This document shows positions 56,283 to 64,000 of a stretch of 64,000 nucleotides of DNA, piece after piece (position 1 is the first letter of the stretch; every line of letters begins with the position of its first letter). The notes beneath the pieces were generated by a model, which saw only the letters and a program-made list of their open reading frames with translations, was not told where the DNA came from and searched no databases. A program made the translations under genes and the position numbers. Location: IMG/VR virus record IMGVR_UViG_3300027759_000045, positions 248,001-312,000 of that record, one strand, 5' to 3'.

Positions 56283-56495
56283 TTATTTCGCGGCTGGAGT
56301 AGCGGCTTTGCTGTCTGCTTTAGGTGCGTCTTTCTTAGCAGGCTCACTTTTTGCAGGCGTTGCTGTCGCAGGAGCGGCAGGGGCTGTGGCAGCAGGTTTG
56401 GCTTCTGCTTTCTTTTCTTCTTTCTTGGCAGCAGGTGCTTGAGCAAATGCAGAAAGAGCAACAGTGGTGGCGATTAAAGCGATAAGTTGTTTCAT
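56283..56495 (-). CDS. Secreted Ala/Lys/Pro-rich peptide
   Basis: AAGGAG RBS; signal MKQLIALIATTVALSAFA followed by AKP-rich low complexity. Confidence 0.75.
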   Translation of the reverse strand: MKQLIALIATTVALSAFAQAPAAKKEEKKAEAKPAATAPAAPATATPAKSEPAKKDAPKADSKAATPAAK

Positions 56496-56571
56496 GGTAT
56501 CTCCTTGATTAGAAACTGTAGACCTGGACTTTCCTGGCTACACATATATAACGCCACAGCCTGCACATCGG

Positions 56572-56600
56572 TTGACACAGAATTGGTATTTTGTTATAAT
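56572..56600 (+). promoter_or_regulatory. Early sigma70 promoter
   Basis: TTGACA-17-TATAAT. Confidence 0.85.
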
Positions 56601-56628
56601 TTGGGCATATAGTAAAAAAAAGGCACAT

Positions 56629-57030
56629 ATGGAATTGCACGTTGAAGCCGGACCCAAAACCAAACGCTACATTGAAGCACTGGTTCCCAGCATGTTGGCC
56701 CAGCTTGGACTTGCTAAAAATCAAAAATTGCTGATGATCAAAGTGGACCCTGATCTAGATGAATTGGGCACCACAATTCCCTTGACAGGAATTGACACTT
56801 ACTTGGTGGTGTTAAAACCCACTAGAGATCTGTATGCCCTGGGCGTTACCCTGGCCCATGAGCTGGTGCATGTACGACAGATGGCTAGAGGCATACTAAA
56901 AATCATGCCAAAAGGCAAAAAATGGCGGGGCAAATACTATGGCAGAAATGTGGCATATTTACAACAGCCCTGGGAATTAGATGCCTTTGCCCGGCAAGAA
57001 ATTGTGTTTCGCAGAGCAATTGAGTTGTGA
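56629..57030 (+). CDS. HExxH zinc-metallopeptidase-like early protein
   Basis: TLAHELVHVRQ and QPWELDA. Confidence 0.6.
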   Translation: MELHVEAGPKTKRYIEALVPSMLAQLGLAKNQKLLMIKVDPDLDELGTTIPLTGIDTYLVVLKPTRDLYALGVTLAHELVHVRQMARGILKIMPKGKKWRGKYYGRNVAYLQQPWELDAFARQEIVFRRAIEL

Positions 57031-57036
57031 TTTCGG

Positions 57037-57065
57037 TTGACCAATAATTCCCGAACTGCTATAAT
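57037..57065 (+). promoter_or_regulatory. Early sigma70 promoter
   Basis: TTGACC-17-TATAAT. Confidence 0.85.
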
Positions 57066-57071
57066 CATAGT

Positions 57072-57305
57072 ATGAAATTAGATACAAATGAAATTTTGCA
57101 GTGGGCCGGGGCTATTTTTATAGTAGCAGGCCATAGCCTAAATGCAGTGGGTCCAACAGCCCATCCTTACAATATCCTTACATTTTTTATTGGGACTATT
57201 TTGTTCCTGATCTGGACTGTGCGTGTTGCAAATAAACCACAGATGTTTGTAAATCTTGTAAGTGTTGCAATTGGGCTGATTGGGCTGATAAAAGCCATTG
57301 GTTGA
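57072..57305 (+). CDS. Small three-helix membrane protein
   Basis: 77 aa, hydrophobic; apparently leaderless after the promoter. Confidence 0.65.
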   Translation: MKLDTNEILQWAGAIFIVAGHSLNAVGPTAHPYNILTFFIGTILFLIWTVRVANKPQMFVNLVSVAIGLIGLIKAIG

Positions 57306-57330
57306 CCGAATATTGCCCTTTTGCTATAAT
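57302..57330 (+). promoter_or_regulatory. Early sigma70 promoter
   Basis: TTGACC-17-TATAAT; the -35 box contains the upstream TGA stop. Confidence 0.85.
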
Positions 57331-57360
57331 ATAGCATAGTTTAACAAAAAGGAGCCAAAA

Positions 57361-57690
57361 ATGACTTTAAGATACGAAACAGTTGGTGAAATGATTACTC
57401 AAAACGAACAAGAAAAATCAATCCGCGTCGCGGTTGGACGAGACATGCAACGTCAACGTGAAATTGGCATGTATGGCATCACCGAAGCTGACATGTGTGA
57501 AAACATCGAATCTTCGATCACATTCAAAACTTCGGGTCCTGCAATGATTGTGGCCAGCTTGATGAGTGATGCACAAGAGATGATGGCTTACGAAAAGCCC
57601 AATTCCCGCACTATTGAAGCTCAGCGTCAACTGCTCAATCGTGCTAAATTTGTCTTGTTTACCTACATCATGGACAAACAAAACGGTTGA
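57361..57690 (+). CDS. Hypothetical early protein
   Basis: 109 aa, AAGGAG RBS. Confidence 0.7.
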   Translation: MTLRYETVGEMITQNEQEKSIRVAVGRDMQRQREIGMYGITEADMCENIESSITFKTSGPAMIVASLMSDAQEMMAYEKPNSRTIEAQRQLLNRAKFVLFTYIMDKQNG

Positions 57691-57715
57691 CCCGAAATTC
57701 CCAAACTGTTATAAT
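57687..57715 (+). promoter_or_regulatory. Early sigma70 promoter
   Basis: TTGACC-17-TATAAT; the -35 box contains the upstream TGA stop. Confidence 0.85.
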
Positions 57716-57745
57716 ACTTGTATAGAAACTAAAAAGGATTCCGAA

Positions 57746-58099
57746 ATGACAGCAATAGCAACACAGATCACAGAGCAGTTGGTACAAGATGCAACCAATG
57801 AAGCAGGCATTCAGGCACGTACAGCGGCCAAGGCATTCCACGCCAAACATGGCGATCGTGATGCTTGTGGATTTGCTTGGGTCAATGTGTTTGGCGTTCG
57901 CTCAAACTCAAAATTGGGCAAGTGGTTGCAGGCCGCAGGCTTCCGTAAGGACTACACAGGTGCATTGAGCCTGTGGAACCCCAGTGGCTTCCCAACACAG
58001 AGCATCAGCATTTTGGAAGCAGGTGCAGAAGCCTATGCCGAAGTACTGAAGACCAAACTGGGCCTGACACAGGTCTACGCCGGAAGCAGATTAGATTGA
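57746..58099 (+). CDS. Hypothetical early protein
   Basis: DACGFAWV, QSISILEAGAEAYA; AAGGA RBS. Confidence 0.7.
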   Translation: MTAIATQITEQLVQDATNEAGIQARTAAKAFHAKHGDRDACGFAWVNVFGVRSNSKLGKWLQAAGFRKDYTGALSLWNPSGFPTQSISILEAGAEAYAEVLKTKLGLTQVYAGSRLD

Positions 58100-58128
58100 T
58101 TGACCGATAATTCCCAAACTGCTATAAT
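58100..58128 (+). promoter_or_regulatory. Early sigma70 promoter
   Basis: TTGACC-17-TATAAT. Confidence 0.85.
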
Positions 58129-58157
58129 ATACACATAGTAAGAAAAAAGGAAAAAAG

Positions 58158-58358
58158 ATGTCAAGTTTTGCCGAAGATGTATTTGCAATTAATCCCAATA
58201 TCACAGCAGAGAATGATGTTCTTGCACTAGGGTTTGAGGTTGTAAAAAAAGCACAAGGACTCAAGTCCGCCCGGTACTATTTTTGGTACCATGAAGATTT
58301 CCCTTCAGATTTAATTAATGAATATTTTTGGTTGCAACAACAGAAAGAGGTAGCGTAA
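58158..58358 (+). CDS. Hypothetical early protein
   Basis: 66 aa, AAGGA RBS. Confidence 0.65.
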   Translation: MSSFAEDVFAINPNITAENDVLALGFEVVKKAQGLKSARYYFWYHEDFPSDLINEYFWLQQQKEVA

Positions 58359-58359
58359 A

Positions 58360-58836
58360 ATGGGTACACGTTCAAGAATTGGTGTCATGCACGGCGACGT
58401 TTGTAAATCAGTCTACTGTCACTGGGACGGCTATCTGGACCACAATGGTGTAATATTGCAAGAGCACTATTATGACAGTGCCAAAGCCAACCACCTGGTG
58501 TCACTGGGCGACATTTCTTCTTTGGCTCGCAACATTGACTTTCCAGATGGCGAGTTTCATACTTTTGGTTCTCCTATGGAAAATGTAACTGTGTTTTACG
58601 GTCGTGACCGTGATGAAGACGGCACAGATTTTGCAACAGATCATACCTTTGAAGCGTTCTTTGAACGTGCCAAAAATTGCGGTGCAGAGTGGTATTACAT
58701 TATGAAAGATGGTGTATGGTACGTGGGCAATACACATGAAAATGACGCCCGGTATTACCAAAAGTTGGTGTTGTTATTGAAGGCCTTAGTGGACGAAATG
58801 GAAGTCAGCAAGACCTGGGACTCAGTTGACCTGTAA
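58360..58836 (+). CDS. Conserved phage hypothetical protein
   Basis: MGTRSRIG..SVYCHWDGY. Confidence 0.7.
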   Translation: MGTRSRIGVMHGDVCKSVYCHWDGYLDHNGVILQEHYYDSAKANHLVSLGDISSLARNIDFPDGEFHTFGSPMENVTVFYGRDRDEDGTDFATDHTFEAFFERAKNCGAEWYYIMKDGVWYVGNTHENDARYYQKLVLLLKALVDEMEVSKTWDSVDL

Positions 58837-58854
58837 TTCCCAAACTGCTATAAT
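58826..58854 (+). promoter_or_regulatory. Early sigma70 promoter
   Basis: TTGACC-17-TATAAT; the -35 box lies inside the last codons of the upstream gene. Confidence 0.85.
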
Positions 58855-58885
58855 ACACACATAGTAAACGAAACAGGAGCCTGAG

Positions 58886-59158
58886 ATGGATATCAAAGAA
58901 ATTAACTCTGCAATTATGTTTGGTAATTTGACCAATGATCAGTTGTCCAGTGTGATTGATGCAGTGAAGTTTGCCCGAGCGCAACTGACCCAACAAAAGA
59001 AACGCAGTTTCTCAATCGGCGACAAGGTAAAGTTTACCAGCAATCGCAATGGATTGACATACGTTGGCAACGTTCGTAAAGTTAAAATTAAATTTGTGCT
59101 GGTTAGTACGCCAGGCGGTGTGTTCAATGTGCCAGCCAACATGTTGGAGACAGCATGA
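58886..59158 (+). CDS. Hypothetical protein with SH3/KOW-like C-terminus
   Basis: FSIGDKVKF..GNVRKV; AGGAG RBS. Confidence 0.65.
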   Translation: MDIKEINSAIMFGNLTNDQLSSVIDAVKFARAQLTQQKKRSFSIGDKVKFTSNRNGLTYVGNVRKVKIKFVLVSTPGGVFNVPANMLETA

Positions 59159-59334
59159 ACAACAAGATCTTCAGTTACAAAATGCAGATGCAACTGACCG
59201 AACAAGAACTGGCCCAGTTCCGTGCCGCGTTTGCCGAGTTACAAAATGAAGTAACAGAAATATTCTTAGAAACAGAACAGCACAATGGCTTTCAAGCCGC
59301 CAATAAAGTGATCAATCGTGTTCGGAACAGGTAA
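59155..59334 (+). CDS. Small hypothetical protein (59 aa, not in the ORF track)
   Basis: MNNKIFSYKMQMQLTEQELAQFRAAFAELQ...; ATGA overlap. Confidence 0.55.
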   Translation: MNNKIFSYKMQMQLTEQELAQFRAAFAELQNEVTEIFLETEQHNGFQAANKVINRVRNR

Positions 59335-59376
59335 GTGCCCGCACCTAGTTTCCGTCAACAAATCAGGAGAAAGACA

Positions 59377-59799
59377 ATGGGACTTGACATGTATGCATAC
59401 GTGGCCGCAAAGGAAGGCCAACAACGTGAGTTTTATGAGAGTGCCGAATTTGATGATGATACCAAAGATTTTGTTAACAAGACAGTAGAACAGCCTCGTG
59501 AGATTGCTTACTGGCGCAAGCATCCTAATCTGCATGGCTGGATGGAACAACTTTGGAAAAGTCGCAATGGCGGCAACTGTGATGGCAGCAACTTCAACGG
59601 CATTGAGTTAGAACTTACATGGGCGGATCTTGAAGCACTTGAACTGGATGTCATTGCTGGCACACTGCCCAGTACGTCAGGTTTCTTTTTTGGCAATGAA
59701 GCAGATGAACACTATCGAGAACAAGATCTCAAGTTTGTCCGCGACGCTCGTGCAGAATTGTTTTGTGGATTGAAAGTATTTTACAATAGTAGTTGGTAA
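59377..59799 (+). CDS. Conserved phage hypothetical protein
   Basis: MGLDMY..EIAYWRKHPNLHGWM; AGGAG RBS. Confidence 0.7.
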   Translation: MGLDMYAYVAAKEGQQREFYESAEFDDDTKDFVNKTVEQPREIAYWRKHPNLHGWMEQLWKSRNGGNCDGSNFNGIELELTWADLEALELDVIAGTLPSTSGFFFGNEADEHYREQDLKFVRDARAELFCGLKVFYNSSW

Positions 59800-59805
59800 C
59801 ATCAT

Positions 59806-60231
59806 ATGAAAATTGGACTTAGTTATAGCCGTTGCGTTCTAGACATTGTCGAAGGTCGTGTGGCCATTGAAGATGTGCTGGTATTAATCACTCGTACAGA
59901 TTTTAATCCATGTGATGACGAACAGTGGGCAGGGATCTGGGATGGATACACCTTGGGTAGATTAAGCAATCCTGAATGGGGTCACTATGACTTTAACAGC
60001 AAGGACGACGAGGACAAGTTCCGTAGTGTGAGCTGTATGCTGTACGAAGATGGCAGAATGCATCAGCCTCGACAGTTTGGAGCTCGCCCAAGACGTCGAC
60101 CCGAAATCTGGTTGGAAACAGTATTGCCTGACAGTGAGCTGGAATCTCGACCCGCTGTGAAAGATGCCTGGGATCAGTTTCAAACTCTAGCCGGTTTGAC
60201 CAATGTCAAGCTAGACCGAGAATATCAATGA
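59806..60231 (+). CDS. Hypothetical protein
   Basis: MKIGLSYSRCVLDIVEG; 141 aa. Confidence 0.7.
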   Translation: MKIGLSYSRCVLDIVEGRVAIEDVLVLITRTDFNPCDDEQWAGIWDGYTLGRLSNPEWGHYDFNSKDDEDKFRSVSCMLYEDGRMHQPRQFGARPRRRPEIWLETVLPDSELESRPAVKDAWDQFQTLAGLTNVKLDREYQ

Positions 60232-60692
60232 AGAAAATCTATTACGAAAAAAAAGGCCGCAGGTATGTGCCTGTGAGTGAGTACGACAGCGAGTACTTGG
60301 ACAGTTTCTCTCGAGGCACACATCTTGTAATGTGCTATCCGGGCGGACAGAGTCGTCGTTTCAATATTGATCCTGCTTATGCTCCTATGATTGCCGCTGG
60401 CCGTGTTGCTGAAGAAGCTATCTGCGAGGTGATTCGCAAAGTTAGCGAACTACGTCCACAACAAACTCCTATCACTCTGGGACAAAAGAAAGCCTGGGAG
60501 AAATTGGCCAAAGAATTTGGCAGCGAACTTGCCACATTGTCTGGGCTATGCATACGTGACTGTGCCGAAGCAGGGGTCAAGGCCATGCAGGCAGAAGCTG
60601 ACAAATTGATGAAGCACGAAAGTGTTCGAGTGGCATATGAGCAATTCCTATTGGTATGTAAACTAACACAATCTGACTCAGAACGAAAATAA
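60228..60692 (+). CDS. Hypothetical protein
   Basis: 154 aa, ATGA overlap. Confidence 0.7.
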   Translation: MKKIYYEKKGRRYVPVSEYDSEYLDSFSRGTHLVMCYPGGQSRRFNIDPAYAPMIAAGRVAEEAICEVIRKVSELRPQQTPITLGQKKAWEKLAKEFGSELATLSGLCIRDCAEAGVKAMQAEADKLMKHESVRVAYEQFLLVCKLTQSDSERK

Positions 60693-60696
60693 ATAT

Positions 60697-62070
60697 ATGA
60701 ATGAAACAAACTTCTCAGACCCAAGGTTTGCGGGCACAATGGTAACAGGTTGGATTCATGACCTGGAAAGCTCGGACAGTCGAATACACAAAGAAAAAAC
60801 TATTGAAAAGGCATTGGTAGCCGCCCAGTTGGGCAGTTCTGATGCACAGGCCTTCTTGTTCAATTGTTATCAGGCCTACAACCCTTTTTATGTGTTTGGC
60901 ATCCGACAAGTGCCCGAGACTGAGGGCTTAACTGGTCAATCAAATCCATGGCCTAAGTTTTGGGCGTTGTTGGAAAGTCTACGTACCCGTAGCGTCACAG
61001 GTAATCGAGCACGTGAGGCCATTGATGAATGTAGCCAACAGTTTGACAGTGAAGAATGGAACAACGTATGTCGTCGTGTCATTATTAAAGACCTGCGTTG
61101 TGGGATATCAGAGAAGACACTGAACAAAGTTCTGGGCCGAACTGAATGGAAGATCCCGGTGTTCAGTTGCCAACTGGCACAGGACAGTACAGACCATCCT
61201 AAGAAACTTCGAGGCATCAAACGTCTGGAAGTCAAGCTGGATGGTGTGCGTGTGTTGGCAGTTGTGAATGGATCTGCGTGTACATTGTACAGCCGTAATG
61301 GCAAAGAGTTTGAGAACTTCCCACAGATTGCAGACTTTATTGAAGAACATCGCAAAGCATTCCAACGTGATTCTGCCTTTGGCGGACAGTTTGTGTTGGA
61401 TGGTGAGATTGTGGGCAAGAATTTCCAGGACTTGATGAAACAAGCACAACGCAAACGAGATGCCAAAACCACAGACATGATTTATCATGTATTTGATATC
61501 TTGCCACTGAGTGAGTTCCGCGATGGTTTCTGTAATCTACAGCAACACAACCGTATCGATCTGTTGAAACGTACACAAACACACCTGCCAGAATCTGGCT
61601 GTGTGCAGATCATGCCCGGCATGGATGTGGACTTGGACACAGCCGAAGGACATGATGTCATGCGCAGGTTTGCCGAAGCCAGTGTGGAAGAAGGCTACGA
61701 AGGTATCATGATCAAAAGCATGGATGCGCCATATGAGTGCCGACGCAGTGACTTTTGGATGAAATGGAAACCCACAATCACAGTTGATCTCAATATTGTA
61801 GGTTTTGAAGAAGGAACTGGTCGCAATCAGGGCCGGTTGGGTGCTATAATATGTGAAGGAGTTGATAATGACAGAAATATTCGTGTTAATGTTGGTAGCG
61901 GTTTGTCTGATAGCAATCGCGATGAGTATTGGGCCGCTCGCGATGAGCTTCTTGCTCGGGTGGTTGAGGTTGAAGCGGACGCAGTTACTCAAAACCAAGA
62001 CGGATCATACAGTTTGAGATTTCCTCGCTTTGTGCGATTCCGTGGATTTGAACCAGGAGAGAAATTGTGA
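60697..62070 (+). CDS. ATP-dependent DNA ligase (T4 gp30-like)
   Basis: EVKLDGVR, LDGEI, HVFD, YEGIMIK, WMKWK, SLRFPRF. Confidence 0.95.
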   Translation: MNETNFSDPRFAGTMVTGWIHDLESSDSRIHKEKTIEKALVAAQLGSSDAQAFLFNCYQAYNPFYVFGIRQVPETEGLTGQSNPWPKFWALLESLRTRSVTGNRAREAIDECSQQFDSEEWNNVCRRVIIKDLRCGISEKTLNKVLGRTEWKIPVFSCQLAQDSTDHPKKLRGIKRLEVKLDGVRVLAVVNGSACTLYSRNGKEFENFPQIADFIEEHRKAFQRDSAFGGQFVLDGEIVGKNFQDLMKQAQRKRDAKTTDMIYHVFDILPLSEFRDGFCNLQQHNRIDLLKRTQTHLPESGCVQIMPGMDVDLDTAEGHDVMRRFAEASVEEGYEGIMIKSMDAPYECRRSDFWMKWKPTITVDLNIVGFEEGTGRNQGRLGAIICEGVDNDRNIRVNVGSGLSDSNRDEYWAARDELLARVVEVEADAVTQNQDGSYSLRFPRFVRFRGFEPGEKL

Positions 62071-62086
62071 AGGTACACCAAAAGTA

Positions 62087-62115
62087 TTGACATATTAAAC
62101 AGATTGTTATATACT
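62087..62115 (+). promoter_or_regulatory. sigma70 promoter
   Basis: TTGACA-17-TATACT. Confidence 0.8.
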
Positions 62116-62137
62116 ACATGTTATTAAGGAAAACATC

Positions 62138-62350
62138 ATGGCGAAAACTAAAACAGTAAACAAAATCAGTGACAAATTGGTCAAGGTCGGCGAATCATTC
62201 TCAGTGTACATGTACGACAATGCATACATGATTGAAGTAAGTGGCCGCGACAGTGAAAACGACTACAAAACAGTCAAGCTCATGGTTCCTGCATTGGATC
62301 AATTGCAGGCCCTGATCAAAGAAACTACAGAAATGGACCGGGATGACTAA
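62138..62350 (+). CDS. Small hypothetical protein
   Basis: 70 aa, AAGGA RBS. Confidence 0.7.
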   Translation: MAKTKTVNKISDKLVKVGESFSVYMYDNAYMIEVSGRDSENDYKTVKLMVPALDQLQALIKETTEMDRDD

Positions 62351-62352
62351 TC

Positions 62353-62763
62353 ATGGCAACTTGGATATTAAAAACCCTGCACAAAAAGTCTGCTGTTGAA
62401 CGACAGTTCTGGTTCAAAGCCGGCAAAACAATCATTCGCGAAGAAGGTTATCGGTGGGGCGAATTCTATTGTGAAAGCGATGATCGACCAGAGATTGACT
62501 TGGTCAATGCTGATGGATATAATCTAAGCGAAAGCGACTACGACTGGGAACTGACCAGTCTTGATGATGGCTGTTGGGCTGATTGGACTTTTCCAGAAGA
62601 CATGACGGAAGAAGAGCAAGCAGAGATTGAAGCAGCCTGGGATGAAGATTACTTTGACGGCATGGAAGAATTGGGGTGGCGCAATGATGATACAGAATAC
62701 ATCTTACGAGGTCCGTTGGAACTGTCTGATGAAGATGGTACAGTAATAGCACAAGGAGAATGA
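62353..62763 (+). CDS. Highly acidic hypothetical protein
   Basis: 136 aa, Asp/Glu/Trp-rich. Confidence 0.7.
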   Translation: MATWILKTLHKKSAVERQFWFKAGKTIIREEGYRWGEFYCESDDRPEIDLVNADGYNLSESDYDWELTSLDDGCWADWTFPEDMTEEEQAEIEAAWDEDYFDGMEELGWRNDDTEYILRGPLELSDEDGTVIAQGE

Positions 62764-62942
62764 TGATGGGTAAATTTTTAGAATGGTGTAATCGTAACAG
62801 TAAATCAATTAGCCTTACAATCGGCGGGTTGAATCTACTGTCTGGGCTAAGTGCATTGATTAATAGCAACTATGCACTTGCTATAGTGGGATTTACAATT
62901 GGTGGCGCCCTTATATTTGACGCTTATCGGGGATTCAAATGA
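62760..62942 (+). CDS. Small membrane protein
   Basis: 60 aa, two hydrophobic segments. Confidence 0.6.
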   Translation: MMMGKFLEWCNRNSKSISLTIGGLNLLSGLSALINSNYALAIVGFTIGGALIFDAYRGFK

Positions 62943-63490
62943 TCACAATGCAACAGTTTATGGAAGCTATTAATTATCGTATCTCCGAAGGCGGCGATTA
63001 CGGATGGGCTTGTTACGGTTCTAATTCACATCAACTGAGTGCGTGGAACGGTGTTCACGGTACCGGCGGCTGGAGTGCCAATATTGTGTTTAGTACCAAA
63101 AGTCAAAAGGTATACGAAGTGACAGTGTGTGACTACACACACGAACGTGCATATCGCTTGATCAATCCCAAGTACCGAGACAAGAACACAGCCGAGGCTA
63201 CCCGTCGTGGTGAGTTGGGTAATCAAGCATGGGACGATGTTGACTACATTGACTTGGAGATCGAAGAAGATTTCCTGGAAAAGATGGAGGCCATTGTGGC
63301 AGGTGAGATCTACGACACTCGTGTACAAATGCAAGTGGATTTTTCGGATGAAGAGCTGTTGACATACATGAAGCTAGCACATGACCAGGACATGACATTT
63401 AATGAATTTGTTGAACAAGCATTAAGAGCCGCAATTGAGCAACACAAGTCGGACAAGTTTGCAGATGACTATGCACAAGATTTAGGATAA
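62939..63490 (+). CDS. Hypothetical protein with possible C-terminal ribbon-helix-helix-like region
   Basis: VQMQVDFSDEELLTYMKLAH..TFNEFVEQALR. Confidence 0.6.
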   Translation: MITMQQFMEAINYRISEGGDYGWACYGSNSHQLSAWNGVHGTGGWSANIVFSTKSQKVYEVTVCDYTHERAYRLINPKYRDKNTAEATRRGELGNQAWDDVDYIDLEIEEDFLEKMEAIVAGEIYDTRVQMQVDFSDEELLTYMKLAHDQDMTFNEFVEQALRAAIEQHKSDKFADDYAQDLG

Positions 63491-63491
63491 T

Positions 63492-63956
63492 ATGGCCGTA
63501 ATAAAAAGTGTACGGTCTGATTATTATTTAAATTTTATCAAGGACGATCCTGTTCGTCCTCACTTACCTGTCTTTTGGCGTGTGGATCCCAATCGTGAAG
63601 TGTATGTGTTAGAAGATGATACTACAAATGAAGTACTGGCCGTAATCTGTGCGGCATTCTGCAATCAAGTTCCCACAGACGAAGGCGAGTTAGAAAAGTT
63701 TTCTACTCCTACCACTCCCGATGAACCTATTGGTGAAGTCGTGGTGTTCTACACAGTATGGAGTTACCGACCTGGTGCTGGCCGAGAACTTGTTTTGGGT
63801 GCAGCCAAACTGATCAAAGATACAATGCCAGTAAAACGATTTATAACATTAAGTCCGCAAACTGAAATGGCTCGTAAATTTCATTTGCGTAACGGTGCAG
63901 TTGTATTACAAGTCAACACAACATCGGTCAATTACGAATATCTATTCAATGAATGA
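63492..63956 (+). CDS. GNAT-fold-like protein
   Basis: VFYTVWSYRPGAGRELV, ITLSP..ARKFHLRNGA. Confidence 0.5.
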   Translation: MAVIKSVRSDYYLNFIKDDPVRPHLPVFWRVDPNREVYVLEDDTTNEVLAVICAAFCNQVPTDEGELEKFSTPTTPDEPIGEVVVFYTVWSYRPGAGRELVLGAAKLIKDTMPVKRFITLSPQTEMARKFHLRNGAVVLQVNTTSVNYEYLFNE

Positions 63957-64000
63957 TACAAGAAACCGAACAAGAAAAACTCATACGCTATCTTAAAGGC
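63953..64000 (+). CDS. Partial ORF running off the window end
   Basis: ATGA overlap, MIQETEQEKLIRYLKG... Confidence 0.4.
   Translation, partial: MIQETEQEKLIRYLKG

Larger units (their letters stand above)
1..64000. other. Segment of a large T4-like/jumbo myovirus genome
   Basis: TerL, gp32, UvsX/Y/W, gp41, primase, NrdAB, PAAR, tail spike, T4-type ligase; dense gene packing; no bacterial housekeeping operons. Confidence 0.95.

Noticed and set aside
56105-56461. 118-aa ORF from the track as one gene starting at 56461
   Set aside because: Its N-terminal half is the +1 shadow of the 70-aa secreted peptide, which has the RBS and signal peptide; only the distal part looks coding
56572-58886. Regularly recurring ~30-60 bp repeats resembling a CRISPR array
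   Set aside because: Spacers are 230-730 bp coding genes, and the repeats are degenerate -35/-10/RBS elements
1-64000. Stop-codon reassignment, as seen in some jumbo phages
   Set aside because: Core genes are full length in the standard code, and TAA, TGA and TAG all terminate genes

Overview
This window is 64 kb of a large T4-like (jumbo-type) myovirus genome in standard genetic code. The host is probably a freshwater Betaproteobacterium, inferred from IscU/IscA, CspA, a DUF3563-like micro-ORF and an Ala/Lys/Pro-rich secreted peptide. Core genes include terminase large subunit, gp32 SSB, UvsX/UvsY/UvsW, primase, gp41 helicase, NrdAB plus glutaredoxin, ATP-dependent DNA ligase, PD-(D/E)xK exonuclease, PAAR and a beta-helix tail spike. 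Two promoter classes are visible: sigma70 TTGAC-17-TATAAT repeats and T4-late-like TAAATA boxes. The most unusual content is: (1) a dispersed tailoring toolkit slotted singly between core genes, made of seven radical-SAM/twitch enzymes, three SGNH-like proteins, a sulfotransferase-like and a 2OG-Fe(II)-like protein (these last two share a ~28-aa KDxSWP module), plus an 8.4-kb glycosyl/methyltransferase island and phage IscU/IscA; (2) a nucleotidyltransferase-ligase-like fusion with possible prohead-protease cleavage motifs; (3) a 192-aa minimal family-C polymerase; (4) head-to-tail early-promoter gene cassettes; (5) a four-micro-ORF operon behind a PhaR-box-like palindrome. I saw no tRNA, rRNA, CRISPR array, intein or intron. 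All function calls come from reading motifs by eye, without database searches.
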